DNA of 64,000 nt from a virus (Duplodnaviria; Caudoviricetes): the IMG/VR virus record IMGVR_UViG_3300042268_000564; one strand, written 5' to 3'. Made by a program: the position numbers and the translations under genes. Of this stretch, positions 32,294 through 43,290 are shown one piece after another. Within the stretch, counting starts at the first letter, position 1, and each line of letters begins with the position of its first letter. The notes below the pieces were generated by a model. That model searched no databases. It was not told the origin of the DNA and saw nothing but the letters and a program-made list of their open reading frames with translations.

Positions 32294-32399
32294 TGTGTTA
32301 TTTTTTACACATAAAATTGTATTTTTACATTGTGGTAAAAAATAACACATTCATTGAATTTGATTGTTTAATCATAATGACAGATAAAGAAAAAGTCAA
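32294..32399 (-). promoter_or_regulatory. TTGACT-N17-TATGAT promoter (32371-32399) with downstream operator-like inverted repeat (32294-32349)
   Basis: TGTGTTATTTTTTACACA ... TGTGGTAAAAAATAACACA upstream of sigma gene 31527-32252. Confidence 0.55.
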
Positions 32400-32627
32400 C
32401 TATCTAAAAAACTTTTTTATTTTGACTTAACACATGCTGCTGTTGATGAGGACAAGCGAGATAAAATAATACTTGTTCCTATACATTATATTTTGTGCAC
32501 GGCAACAAAGTGCGAAATATTTACTACTTAAGCTGATATTTGAAAATAAATATTTCTTTTGGTGGTAATATATTTGATAAGTGAAGTCCCATATTTGGTG
32601 GGCAGAAATCTTAAAGGAGGCTTTTTT

Positions 32628-33446
32628 ATGTTAATAAAAAGCTATGAAATGCAGGTTTTGGTTAATGGGAAGCAAGTAAAAGAGTACTCACATAATGGAA
32701 ACACCTTTATTGAAGGTAAGCGTGGCAGTGACTTTGAAATTTTACTGCGCAATAATACGCATCGTAGGGTCATGGCTGTATTGTCTGTAGATGGGAAAGA
32801 TGTAACTACTGGCGAAGACTGCGACCCTGAAAATAGTGGCGGCTATGTAATTCCTGCCTTTGCACATATTAAAATCCCCGGCTGGCGGCTGAATGAAAAC
32901 GAAGTGGCAAAATTCGTATATGATAGTCCCGATAATTCATACGCTGCTACTCAAGCAAACGGCAATGACGAACTTAATCTTGGCGTGATTGGTTGTGTGA
33001 TATTTCAGGAAAAAGAGTTACAGTTGTGGAATGGGAACAATGGATGGATTTGGAATGATTGCATCGCTAAAGATACAATTCCTACTCGCACAGGTGGCAC
33101 AAGCGATTTGCCGAGACCTTTTGAGGTTTGGTATGGAAGCAGTGCTGCAAATAGTAATTATGAATCGCAAACAGTGTCAGCAACATATAATGTGAATAAT
33201 TGCAGTTTGTCATCAGGAAGTCAGATTGGAACAGGTTTCGGCAGCAAAAGCAATCATGCTGTTACCTTTACATCTTTCAACAAAGAAACTACTCCTGATG
33301 CTTCCTTAGTTATTTATTACGACACAAGAGATGGATTGAAGGCAAGAGGGGTTCCACTGGCTCCACTTGTTGCTGTAGTTCCAAATCCATTTCCTGCTGC
33401 GAAATCAAAAAACATGTGCACGCCGCCTAAAGGTTGGAAAGGATAA
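32628..33446 (+). CDS. conserved hypothetical protein (VLSVDGKDV...GWR...LGVIG...IGTGFG)
   Basis: AAGGAGG RBS; terminator at 33461-33490. Confidence 0.7.
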   Translation: MLIKSYEMQVLVNGKQVKEYSHNGNTFIEGKRGSDFEILLRNNTHRRVMAVLSVDGKDVTTGEDCDPENSGGYVIPAFAHIKIPGWRLNENEVAKFVYDSPDNSYAATQANGNDELNLGVIGCVIFQEKELQLWNGNNGWIWNDCIAKDTIPTRTGGTSDLPRPFEVWYGSSAANSNYESQTVSATYNVNNCSLSSGSQIGTGFGSKSNHAVTFTSFNKETTPDASLVIYYDTRDGLKARGVPLAPLVAVVPNPFPAAKSKNMCTPPKGWKG

Positions 33447-33726
33447 TATGTAGCAATCGTAAAAAGGCACGTAAATTACGTGCCTTTTTTGCACTCTGCC
33501 TTTTTGAAAGTATCTTGTAAATGAGGTGGAGGGTATGTGATGGAAATAGAAATGGCTGTTAAGAGCTTGGTGAAAACTTATGGTGGTGAAGAATGGTTTA
33601 TTGGCGTGCGTATCCCTTACGAGGAAGATTTGATTATAATGTATGTCACTTGCACGCCAGACATATTAAGTCTGCCTGCGGCGTGGAAAAAATACTCACT
33701 GCATGTGATGCAAAAAAATCGAAAGA

Positions 33727-34278
33727 ATGTTGCATAATGACAAAAAAATAATATATGCAGGGATTGGCTCTCGTGAAACCCCTGCTGATATATTGAAATT
33801 AATGCAAGACCTTGCTGAGAAATTGGCGAGGTCTAATTGCATTTTAAGAAGCGGCGGAGCTGATGGAGCAGATACTGCATTCGAACAGGGCTGCGACCTT
33901 GCTAATGGACAAAAAGAAATCTATCTTCCTTGGCGAGGGTTTAATAATAACAAGTCGCAGTTATTCGACCCATCAAATACTGCCTATAAAATTGCTTCCG
34001 AAACACACCCCGGATTCACATATCTTAAATCTCCTGCCAAACTTTTAATGGCAAGGAACACTCACCAAATATTAGGGGAATATTGCGATACCCCTGTAGA
34101 CCTGATTTTGTGCTGGACACCTGATGGTGCGACTACAAAAACATCAAGCAAAACAGGTGGAACTGGTCAAGCTCTAAGATTGGCAGCTAAGTATAATATA
34201 CCTATCTATAATCTTCAGATAGTTGCAGTAAGAAAGGCTTGGCAGAACTGGCTTGAAAATATATCTTCACCCGAATAG
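33727..34278 (+). CDS. SLOG-superfamily (DprA/Smf-like Rossmann) protein
   Basis: YAGIGSRETP, LRSGGADGAD, ARN, GGTGQA. Confidence 0.8.
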   Translation: MLHNDKKIIYAGIGSRETPADILKLMQDLAEKLARSNCILRSGGADGADTAFEQGCDLANGQKEIYLPWRGFNNNKSQLFDPSNTAYKIASETHPGFTYLKSPAKLLMARNTHQILGEYCDTPVDLILCWTPDGATTKTSSKTGGTGQALRLAAKYNIPIYNLQIVAVRKAWQNWLENISSPE

Positions 34279-34729
34279 AATCAAAAAAGTCGCAAGAGCA
34301 GCAGTCCACGCAGCGGTGAGGGCAAAAACGATAAAACGTGCATGTCGTTGTGAAATCTGTCAATATTCTATTCGACAATTGTTAATAGAGCGAGATTCAT
34401 TTGCTGACAGATTCACCCAGCCGTCAAGGCAAAGATTCCCATTGGCTGCTCATCATCACAATTATTACAAACCTTACAATGTGTGGTGGCTTTGCGACTT
34501 CTGTCACATGACCCTGCATCGTGCGCAAGAGGAATTTAATTTTATATGCCTTACTCTTGAACACGCAAAAACTACGGTTGGAAATTATAGTGCTTGGCGC
34601 AACAAAGATGGTTATCAAGGCTACATCAATAAAGAGATAGAATGGGCACGTAAAGAACTGGAAATACTTGAAAGACGAAAGCAGAGATTGCAGGTTTACT
34701 TATCGAGATTAACCAATGAAAGTTTGTAA
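34253..34729 (+). CDS. HNH-like zinc-binding protein
   Basis: CEIC...HHHNYYKPYNVWWLCDFCH..LH. Confidence 0.6.
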   Translation: MKIYLHPNRIKKVARAAVHAAVRAKTIKRACRCEICQYSIRQLLIERDSFADRFTQPSRQRFPLAAHHHNYYKPYNVWWLCDFCHMTLHRAQEEFNFICLTLEHAKTTVGNYSAWRNKDGYQGYINKEIEWARKELEILERRKQRLQVYLSRLTNESL

Positions 34730-35176
34730 TCTAAGAATTTGTCCCACACTCTTAAACAAAATTCCAAAGTAGGTTGAGCACCCACATCTATCCCTGTTGC
34801 AGGCGACTTGATTAAATTTGCATATACCATTGTAATAAGGACGAGTTGATGAGTCCATAAGCCACCAGCTCTTATTGTCGGCATCGGATGTTTTCTTAGT
34901 CTAATGCTTATATAATCCTCTTGTGTCCCTAGTGCCAGCAGGTGGGTTCTTTTGGTGTTTTTAATATTAAGAGCCTTGTTGGATTGTCTGACTCTGATAA
35001 AGAAAAAGGGGATGTTTAATTTCCGCAGGTCACGTTTAATTCTGGCAATAGGGAAAAAGACAGTGTGGTTCCGTCCCTGTATCCATTTTGAGAATAAATG
35101 AATCTGCTCATTTGTCCATGCTTTTGCATCTGTCGGTATCATAAAGTTAAGACTCTTATTAAAGGTATACCATTAT

Positions 35177-36022
35177 ATGATACTTGATTCTTTGCATCTC
35201 AAATCATGCTTTGACGGCATGACTGAAATAGATAACGATAGTGTTGATTTAATCATGACCTCACCACCTTATCCAGAGGGGATGAGGGATTATGAAATTG
35301 ACTGCTCCCCACCACCTGATGATTATGCAACTTGGATTACTCCTTTTCTTAAAGGTGCCCGTAGAGTATTAAAGCAAAGCGGTTCTATGGTGTTGGTTTT
35401 GATGGATAAAATTGTTGACGGTGAAATCCATCCATATATTGACGACCTGAAAAGAAAATGTCGTGAGCTTGGCTTTGCTTTGATTGACGATATAATTTGG
35501 TATAAATCGAATAGTTTGCCAATAGGCGACTACGAAAAAAGACCTTTGCGCAGATATGAACATTGTCTATGGTTCGTTAAAAATGTGAAAACATATAAGT
35601 GGAACGGTGATATGATACGGCAAGAATATTCTGAAGCCACAATAAAAAGATATAGCCCCGGCGACATGCGCACATTGCACAAGCGTTCTGGTGGGCAAGC
35701 AAATCAGACATGGGTTGGCGTAAAACCTAACAAAAAGGGTGCCGCTGGTGGCAATGTTATATATGGTGCAAGATTTTGTGGACGAGACCCCGGACATCCT
35801 GCAAAATATCCTGATTATTTGCCTGAATGGTTTATCAAAACAATGACTTACGTCGATGACGTGGTGCTTGACCCATTTGCTGGCTCAGGAACAACATTAA
35901 TGGTGGCGAAGCAAAACGGACGTAAATATGTTGGATATGAGATTGCACAGAAATATTACGATAGGGCTATGCAGGATTTAAACATGACATGGCGAGAATA
36001 TGACATGACGGAGGTCGTATGA
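35177..36022 (+). CDS. beta-class DNA amino-methyltransferase (N4-C/N6-A)
   Basis: TSPPY precedes HPAKYP and DPFAGSGTT. Confidence 0.92.
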   Translation: MILDSLHLKSCFDGMTEIDNDSVDLIMTSPPYPEGMRDYEIDCSPPPDDYATWITPFLKGARRVLKQSGSMVLVLMDKIVDGEIHPYIDDLKRKCRELGFALIDDIIWYKSNSLPIGDYEKRPLRRYEHCLWFVKNVKTYKWNGDMIRQEYSEATIKRYSPGDMRTLHKRSGGQANQTWVGVKPNKKGAAGGNVIYGARFCGRDPGHPAKYPDYLPEWFIKTMTYVDDVVLDPFAGSGTTLMVAKQNGRKYVGYEIAQKYYDRAMQDLNMTWREYDMTEVV

Positions 36023-36636
36023 GTGGGAATTTAATAGTTGTAACCGGTCCAATGTTCGCAGGAAAGACGACACGTCTTGCATCTTTCCTCGAAAAGAAAA
36101 AAATAGTTGTTTGCCATAAAACAGATGAAGCAGATGAAATAGTAATAAAACTTGAGAAATTTCAGGTATTTAACAATGAAAAAGATAGAAGCAGACGTGG
36201 TGATGAACCAGCAATAACAACTCATTCAAAGAAAAGATACCCCGCTCAGTGGTTAGGTGAACTTGAGATTGAACAAATGCTCAGGGAAGAATTATCGCAG
36301 CTTGATAATTGTGATTTGGTGATTATTGATGAAGTTCAGTTTTTTAGAAAACAAACTATAATCGCTTTTGTTGAAGAGCTGCAAAAGAATAATATTCATG
36401 TTTGCGTAGCAGGTCTTGCTCAGGACAGTTATGGGAAACCATTCGGTGCTATGGGTGAATTAATGGCAATGGCTGACAAGATTTACCTTGAAAAGGCAAA
36501 ATGTGACACTTGTGGTGCCCAAGCAACTAGAACACAAAGAACAGTGAATACAGAAGGCACTATTCTGGTGGGTGGTGAGAATATGTTTTCACCGAGATGT
36601 ACTGAACATTGGAGTGCAGTACCAGTTAATGGTTGA
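36019..36636 (+). CDS. tdk: thymidine kinase
   Basis: GPMFAGKT, IDEVQFF, AGL..D..GKPFG, CxxCG...PRC..H. Confidence 0.92.
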   Translation: MSGNLIVVTGPMFAGKTTRLASFLEKKKIVVCHKTDEADEIVIKLEKFQVFNNEKDRSRRGDEPAITTHSKKRYPAQWLGELEIEQMLREELSQLDNCDLVIIDEVQFFRKQTIIAFVEELQKNNIHVCVAGLAQDSYGKPFGAMGELMAMADKIYLEKAKCDTCGAQATRTQRTVNTEGTILVGGENMFSPRCTEHWSAVPVNG

Positions 36637-36665
36637 CATTACAAAAGAACCTCATATAATACTGA

Positions 36666-38119
36666 ATGGACATGACCAGAAAAAATTCACCTGTAGACAT
36701 AGACATTTTCATGAATATGGCTCACCAGTCCACTGGTGGGCATCTTCGTGATTTGTTTTATTTCTTTTGTGTCGCAGATAAAGAACCATTCAGCTCTTAC
36801 TTGCCCGATTCCCCAAGAATCATCGTCACATCATCTGAAATGGGTGGCAGACCGATAAATACGAATTTTATTAATCAACCTGTAATTCCGATACTCGCAT
36901 CAAAAAGATATGCAAATAATTTTAGTGCGTGGCAATGGGATGAGCTGTGCTATACGGCATCTGCGAAACAGCGAGGTTATAAAGCCAAGTTCAAGCAACG
37001 AAAAGATTTGGACAAGCTTATCTTGATGGCTCATAAACATAAAAAGTTTTTCGACGAAGACTTCTCTATTTATAAACTCATTAATTACCCTCTAGTTTTT
37101 AAACTTATGGAAACATTTGTTTCCCAACTTGATGAGAGCGCAAAAATGCTGTTTTGTGACAAAGAGTCGCCTTTGCAGATATTAATGTCTGTTAAAAATT
37201 TTCTGAATCAAATTTGTAACGTGGCGAATGGAAATACAAGTGCAAGGGTGGATTATTTTTGTGAATCAAGATTTATGAGCTATTGTGTTTTTGGTGAGGT
37301 AAAAACAAAGTTCACTCATGATGAGCCAGCAAATTTTTACGATAAAAAAGCCCTTGATGATGCAATCTTGAAATTTAAGAGTAGTTTAAATGTTGCGGTT
37401 CAATCTGTTGCAATTGATGAAATAAACTTGTTGGATTCAGTGGGGTTGTTATGAGCGGGGTTAACATTACAATGGTTGTGAGTAAGAAAGAGCTTGGTAT
37501 TAATATTAACGAGTTGAAGTCTAAGCTTGCGGTCTTCAGAAATGCCAGCGGGACGTCTTTTGCGAAAGAGGGTGAACTTAAAATATCTGCGAGGGTGAGA
37601 GCAGTCTATGGCAGCAATAAAAAGCCCTCGATAACCGTCCCTTCTTCGCCATATAATTTGCAAAAAATGGAAAAGTCTGTTTTGGTAGGGATACATAGCG
37701 ACTATGTATCTGGCCGAACAGTTGGCGACGACATAGTGTTTACTTTTCATGTGAATAAGCCTGTCGATGGGCTTTCTTTTATATACGACTTTTTCTTAAA
37801 GTTGGACAAATACCCATTACAGCACGCCGTTTGGTATAGCCCTGAGAAATTTTTAATTAATTTTGACGACCTTCCCTCAAACCTTAAAATAGGCGTCGAT
37901 GGTCATTCTTTACGAAGAGTATTGCTTCCCTCAAAATTTGGCACATTAAAGGCAAATTGGACAAAAATGTCTTTCTTACTCTCTGCCACTTACGGGATTG
38001 ATATTGCGTCTAAAGCTGAAATGCAAGCATTTTATAATGTGCCAGCAGTGAATGCTGTGAGCTTTGCAGAAGCCAGCGTAAAAAAAGCAAAAGACAAAAT
38101 AATCCTTCCTACTTTTTAA
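36666..38119 (+). CDS. two hypothetical proteins (36666-37454 leaderless, 37451-38119)
   Basis: N16 promoter 36633-36660 lies 5 nt before ATG; ATGA coupling. Confidence 0.6.
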
Positions 38120-38159
38120 AAAGTATTAATCAGACTAAACCTGATGGGAGGGATGGCTT

Positions 38160-38750
38160 TTGATTTATGGTGGAAGCAGAATTTTTAAAGTTATAGGCAA
38201 TCAATACGTCTTACATCGAAAGAAAATGATTCATAGTTGTTTCATTGCAGACGGTGTTGTTATTCCAGAACAGCCAAAAGGAAAACTTAAGTTGCTTTTT
38301 CAGACTGTTGACAATATTATTGAGTTTCTTCCGCCATTGCAAAATGTCGACGAAGTGAAGGCTTTCTTGGGAAATCTTATAACTAATATCGGGATATCTA
38401 AAAGAACAGGGAAAACATTTTACACGTCGCAAGCAGGCTGTAAGTCCCCTAAAGGTGACGATGTTGATTGGTATATAGACCAATGGTTGTTACGAGTAGA
38501 AAAAGTTTTTAATGAGCCTGACACGCAACCACTATGGGAACTTTTATTAGACCTTGAAATAATTGCTCCTGCTAACAATATGAATAGTACTGTCGCACAG
38601 CTCACATGGGCTGCTATCAGACATGGATGTGGCAAGCCTGTAGCCTTTATCCCTATAAACGAAATTCTCACTTATAGAGACCTCGTTAAGTCTCGCAGGA
38701 ACGAACAAGAAGCACACTTTAATTTTAAACAAAAAATGCTTGACAATTAA
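38160..38750 (+). CDS. degenerate Fic/Doc-fold protein
   Basis: LEIIAPANNMNSTVAQL aligns by eye to FExIHPFxDGNGRxxR; GGGAGG RBS. Confidence 0.45.
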   Translation: MIYGGSRIFKVIGNQYVLHRKKMIHSCFIADGVVIPEQPKGKLKLLFQTVDNIIEFLPPLQNVDEVKAFLGNLITNIGISKRTGKTFYTSQAGCKSPKGDDVDWYIDQWLLRVEKVFNEPDTQPLWELLLDLEIIAPANNMNSTVAQLTWAAIRHGCGKPVAFIPINEILTYRDLVKSRRNEQEAHFNFKQKMLDN

Positions 38751-38807
38751 CATCTCTCATTTATAATAAGCGCAAGAGATATAAATTAATTTTTGGAGCT
38801 TATTATT

Positions 38808-40526
38808 ATGATAACTGCCAGCCAAGGGCAAATTGCTGAAATCAAGATTGGTGACACCCAACAAATATGGCGCATGTTGGGTCCTTCTTTATATTCAATG
38901 CGCCCCTTGTTCCCTATCACTATTAGGGAAATGTTTCAAAATTCAGTGGACGCACAAAAGGCAAAGGGTGTTGAAAACCCTGTGGATTTTAGAATCGTGC
39001 AGGATAAAGACGGCAACTTAACAGTAACTTGTGAAGATGCTGGTGTTGGGATGACAGAAGATATAATCCTAAACAAATTTCTTGCAATCGGTGGCAGCGA
39101 AAAAGGCAGTGACAAGGCTACTGGTGGATTTGGAATAGCAAAAGCATCTATTATCGGTGCCTGTGCTGGATGGTCGCTTTATACCAAGAAATCATATTTG
39201 GATTCAGGTATGATTGGGAAGTGTCCTGTGGCACAGGTTTCTGAGGAAGTTGATGGATGCAAGATTGTTCTTAACTATAATTTTAATGAGGAAAATCTTG
39301 GGCTGAAATTCACATATGGGATGTTGGACAATGCAATGGCATATCTTGCCACATCACAATATCCAGCCAGAGTATATATTGAAAAAAATGGTAAGAGTAG
39401 CAGCACGGACTTACATGGCTACGCACCAAATGAAAAGATGCATATTGCAACTATAAGTAATAATGCTTATAAGGCAAAATTGTACCTCGCACCACAAATC
39501 AAATACTCTTATTTCAGTGCCTATTTTTGCGATTTGCAATGGGATGGATATAACAACAACGTAAGCCTTGAGGGTAAAATTATTTACCGCTTGAATGGCT
39601 TGACACAGTTTATTACTTGGGGTGGTGATTGTAAGTTTAATGTTCTGGTTGACATTGAAAGCTATGTTAAACCTACTGACAGTGAATACCCATTTTCTGC
39701 ATCAAGAGAGACGGCAAAGGCAGACTTGCGAAATCTGGTAGAAGAAAAAACAAAGAATTTTTTCAAGAACCCAGTGACCACACAGCAGCTCATCGGCAAT
39801 ATTGAAAATAATGTTGCAGAGCAGAAGGTGCAATATTATGATGGCGAACTTGTCCAGACGGCAATTTTTACCAGTGCTGCATTACAAGTAGCCGATGATG
39901 CACCTGTAGCTGCCACAATAGCAAAAACTGATGTAGAAGTGACCATAGATGAGATAGAGGAACAGGTCGCAACATTGCCAGAGCTGGACGCAACTTTTGT
40001 AATAAGAAAGAAAATGCCTGAAAAATTGGTCGCAGAAAATACAGGTTTTGGACGAACGGCAGTGCAATTCTCTAATGAAGAAACTACCATTTCTCCTGTG
40101 GCGTGGAAGATGTGCATTAAATATCGTGATGCAAGCGTCTTAAAAAAGCTGGTGCAGAAAAAATATGCAAAAATTCTGCGTGTTTGGACAGAATTAATGC
40201 AAAAACTTATGGAAGCCAACCCTGCAATTGCTCATTCTTTTGCGATTGGATTTATAACAAATGAACATAGGTTTGCTGAAAGATTCGACGATTATAAAAA
40301 TAATACAGTGTATTATCTGATTGACCCAACAACGATTAAAATTTCAGGTGGGCTTGATACGGTTTTGCAGATGCTCCAGTATGCAGCGCACGAGTTGGCG
40401 CATTCAAAGTTTTATTCTCATGATGAGAATTTTACCTGCGAGTATCATAGAGTATGGGACAATTTTATGCAAAAATTTGGCACAAAAACTTTGCGACAAA
40501 TAGCTAAGGTTTTTAAAGCAAAATAA
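38808..40526 (+). CDS. GHKL (HSP90/rIIA-like) ATPase with C-terminal HExxH motif
   Basis: IREMFQNSVDA, EDAGVGM, GGFGIAK; AAHELAH...H; N16 promoter 38740-38767. Confidence 0.8.
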   Translation: MITASQGQIAEIKIGDTQQIWRMLGPSLYSMRPLFPITIREMFQNSVDAQKAKGVENPVDFRIVQDKDGNLTVTCEDAGVGMTEDIILNKFLAIGGSEKGSDKATGGFGIAKASIIGACAGWSLYTKKSYLDSGMIGKCPVAQVSEEVDGCKIVLNYNFNEENLGLKFTYGMLDNAMAYLATSQYPARVYIEKNGKSSSTDLHGYAPNEKMHIATISNNAYKAKLYLAPQIKYSYFSAYFCDLQWDGYNNNVSLEGKIIYRLNGLTQFITWGGDCKFNVLVDIESYVKPTDSEYPFSASRETAKADLRNLVEEKTKNFFKNPVTTQQLIGNIENNVAEQKVQYYDGELVQTAIFTSAALQVADDAPVAATIAKTDVEVTIDEIEEQVATLPELDATFVIRKKMPEKLVAENTGFGRTAVQFSNEETTISPVAWKMCIKYRDASVLKKLVQKKYAKILRVWTELMQKLMEANPAIAHSFAIGFITNEHRFAERFDDYKNNTVYYLIDPTTIKISGGLDTVLQMLQYAAHELAHSKFYSHDENFTCEYHRVWDNFMQKFGTKTLRQIAKVFKAK

Positions 40527-40633
40527 TTTTTACGGCTCCAAAAATAATGTTTTAACGCTGGCTTGCTTGCCAGCGTTCTTTTTCTGCCTCAGATAAAGTA
40601 TTGAATAGATACTTATTTTTAGGAGGTAATATT

Positions 40634-43228
40634 ATGACTGAAAACAGGCTTCCTCCGTTCATGGAGGCAAAGAAAGAAGAATACTCGGTTGCAATTTCTA
40701 TTTTGAAATCATTGCTTGCAGACCCTAATAATTTTACTGAGATGGACGCAGAAACAGCAAGGGGCTTACTCACTGGCAGATTAGAAACTCTTGAATCTGA
40801 ACTCGCTGTGCTACAGCAACAAATAGACAGCTTGGCTGCGCCTGCTGGATTAACGGGCGATATTGATACACATTTTCATAGTGCGGACAGAGACTTGACC
40901 TTGTCGTCTGGACAATTACCATTGGGCAATAATACCGATGAAGTTTTGAACCATATTAATAATAATGGCTCGTCCAATCCTCACAACATTACCTATTTGA
41001 TTTTAGGTGCCGACCTTGGCGGCATGACATTTACGGGGGCAGGACAAGCTACAGACGCGACAGACATCCCTAATTTTTTACAAGTTCAAAATGTGGTTAA
41101 TGATGCTGTAGTTGCAGCATTGGCTGGAATTGACATGAGTGGATATGAGCCAGCCTTCACTAAAAATACAGCATTTAACAAAAATTTTGGTAATAACGTT
41201 GGTGATGTTGCGGAAGGGAATCATGAACATGTTCCAGCACAGGTAGGGCTTGCCAACGTTTTAAACGTGGAACAGCTTCCTGCGTCCGAAAAAGATGCAC
41301 CCGGTGGTGTAGCGCCAATAGATTCTAATCGAAAAATTCCTTTAGAAAATATTCCCGACGTGCTTTTGGGACAAGTAAATTATGTCACAAATTGGAATGC
41401 AAGCACCGACACGCCGTCTCTTCCTGCTGCGTCCACGGTAAAAGGTGATTATTATATAGTTAATACTGCTGGCACCTATCAGTCAGTTGCTTATGAAGTT
41501 GGCGACTGGATTATATCAGATGGCACTGAATGGAGCAGAGTTAAAAATACTGATGCAGTAAGAACTGTTTTTGGTTTAACTGGCGACATTACTGCACAGC
41601 CTGAGCATTATGCTGCTTTTTATGAAACGAAGTTTGTCAAGAACACGGCATTTAATAAAGACTTCGGACAGGACGCAGGAACGGTCTCAGAAGGCAATCA
41701 TAATCATGACGGGGCATACGAGCCAGTGATTACGAAGAATACTGCTTTCAATAAGAACTTTGGTGTAAATGCAGGTGAGATTGCCGAGGGGAACCACGCT
41801 CATGTTGGATATGCTCTAAGCTCGGACGTAGGCGACATCACAAGCAATCCAATCAATGTTGTGTCACCTGCTGTATTCGCTGTAAATTCCGATGATGTGG
41901 AGATTGCGCACGTTGCGCCGTCTGATGTAACTACACCCTCGAAATATAAACTCGCATTAAATATTAAGAACGGGGCTGAATTCAACTTTGATTTTGCAAC
42001 AGACACGATAATATTGAGACCTGCAAACTCAGTGCAATTCAGTTCGCAGCACCAAGCGACGCCATCATTAACTACATTGCAGCCCGTGAGTGGCGAGTTA
42101 GGGTCTTACGAACTGGCAAGCAGTCCTTTGAGCCTTGCAGCTTATAATCAACCGGGCGGGCTGGGCACGCCAACTATTACCGTAGATGACTTTTCCCCGG
42201 GTGGCGTCAATCTTTCTGTCGCTGGCAATATTTCATCTTATAGTAGCGTCAGAGTTGTAATGACTTACCAAGATGCAGGCACGATGTTCATATCTTTGCT
42301 GGACAATACTGAGACACCGTTTGTGGATAATGTGCAAATGGCGAGTGATTTCATGGGGGGCTTCACTTATTATTACTCTAACGGTGATGACTCAATGGAC
42401 ATTTCTGTTTATAACACGTATACGCTTATAACGGGCAATACTTATAATGCTACATATCCTGTTAATGCACCTGTTGTAGTGGACAGATATTTTATTCAAG
42501 TTAAGGTTGATGGCACAGACTATTATATCGGTAATGATGGCTCTGTTTCTGACGGCAGCGACAAATCTTTGGCTATTTTGCCCGGAACAACTCTTGGTGT
42601 TCTGCCAGAACAGCTCGACAAAAATATCATTGAACTGCTTGGCACTACAAGTTTTGACGAAGCTTATTATAATAATAATAAAACAATTTATGGCGTCTTC
42701 AACGACATTAAAAACAAATTAAATACCAAAGCAACTATTGCAGATTTGAACAGTGCAGTTCCAAATTCAGGAACCATCAATATGATTCCTGAATTCGCAA
42801 ATACAGTTTTTGCCTCTTTAGGTGCCACTAATACATTGGGAACAATGAGAGGTGATTATGATATAGGCTCAAATAAAAATTGTTATAAATTCACTTCGAC
42901 AGAAACGTCTATTCAACAATATAGCATTATTTCATTTGTAGAAGTGCCGTATAACTTCAACGCTTGGTCTACAATAAATATGAACTATAAAACAGTTGGT
43001 AGCGGCATTGTCACGGTAAAAATCTTTGACTGTAACAATATTGAAATATTAACACTGCCCATGTCATCATCGGGTGATTGGGTCGTCAATAGCTTGTCGG
43101 TGTCTGATATAAACACGCTAAACTTGGCTGATTGGTCGGGGAAGCTTTTCAGAGTTGTGACAACAGTTGAAGCCAAAAGCGGTGATGAATGTTATGTGGG
43201 TGAGTTTGAACTTAATTATATAAAATAA
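40634..43228 (+). CDS. tail-fibre-like structural protein
   Basis: three YE..F.KNTAFNK.FG...G.V/I.EGNH.H repeats; QVGLANVLNV, WNAST..P.L...GDYYIV; AGGAGG RBS. Confidence 0.7.
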   Translation: MTENRLPPFMEAKKEEYSVAISILKSLLADPNNFTEMDAETARGLLTGRLETLESELAVLQQQIDSLAAPAGLTGDIDTHFHSADRDLTLSSGQLPLGNNTDEVLNHINNNGSSNPHNITYLILGADLGGMTFTGAGQATDATDIPNFLQVQNVVNDAVVAALAGIDMSGYEPAFTKNTAFNKNFGNNVGDVAEGNHEHVPAQVGLANVLNVEQLPASEKDAPGGVAPIDSNRKIPLENIPDVLLGQVNYVTNWNASTDTPSLPAASTVKGDYYIVNTAGTYQSVAYEVGDWIISDGTEWSRVKNTDAVRTVFGLTGDITAQPEHYAAFYETKFVKNTAFNKDFGQDAGTVSEGNHNHDGAYEPVITKNTAFNKNFGVNAGEIAEGNHAHVGYALSSDVGDITSNPINVVSPAVFAVNSDDVEIAHVAPSDVTTPSKYKLALNIKNGAEFNFDFATDTIILRPANSVQFSSQHQATPSLTTLQPVSGELGSYELASSPLSLAAYNQPGGLGTPTITVDDFSPGGVNLSVAGNISSYSSVRVVMTYQDAGTMFISLLDNTETPFVDNVQMASDFMGGFTYYYSNGDDSMDISVYNTYTLITGNTYNATYPVNAPVVVDRYFIQVKVDGTDYYIGNDGSVSDGSDKSLAILPGTTLGVLPEQLDKNIIELLGTTSFDEAYYNNNKTIYGVFNDIKNKLNTKATIADLNSAVPNSGTINMIPEFANTVFASLGATNTLGTMRGDYDIGSNKNCYKFTSTETSIQQYSIISFVEVPYNFNAWSTINMNYKTVGSGIVTVKIFDCNNIEILTLPMSSSGDWVVNSLSVSDINTLNLADWSGKLFRVVTTVEAKSGDECYVGEFELNYIK

Positions 43229-43290
43229 CGCTTTGTTGGCTGGTCAACTGACCAGCCAACAGTTCTATTTTGTTGTGGAGGTAAGAAACT

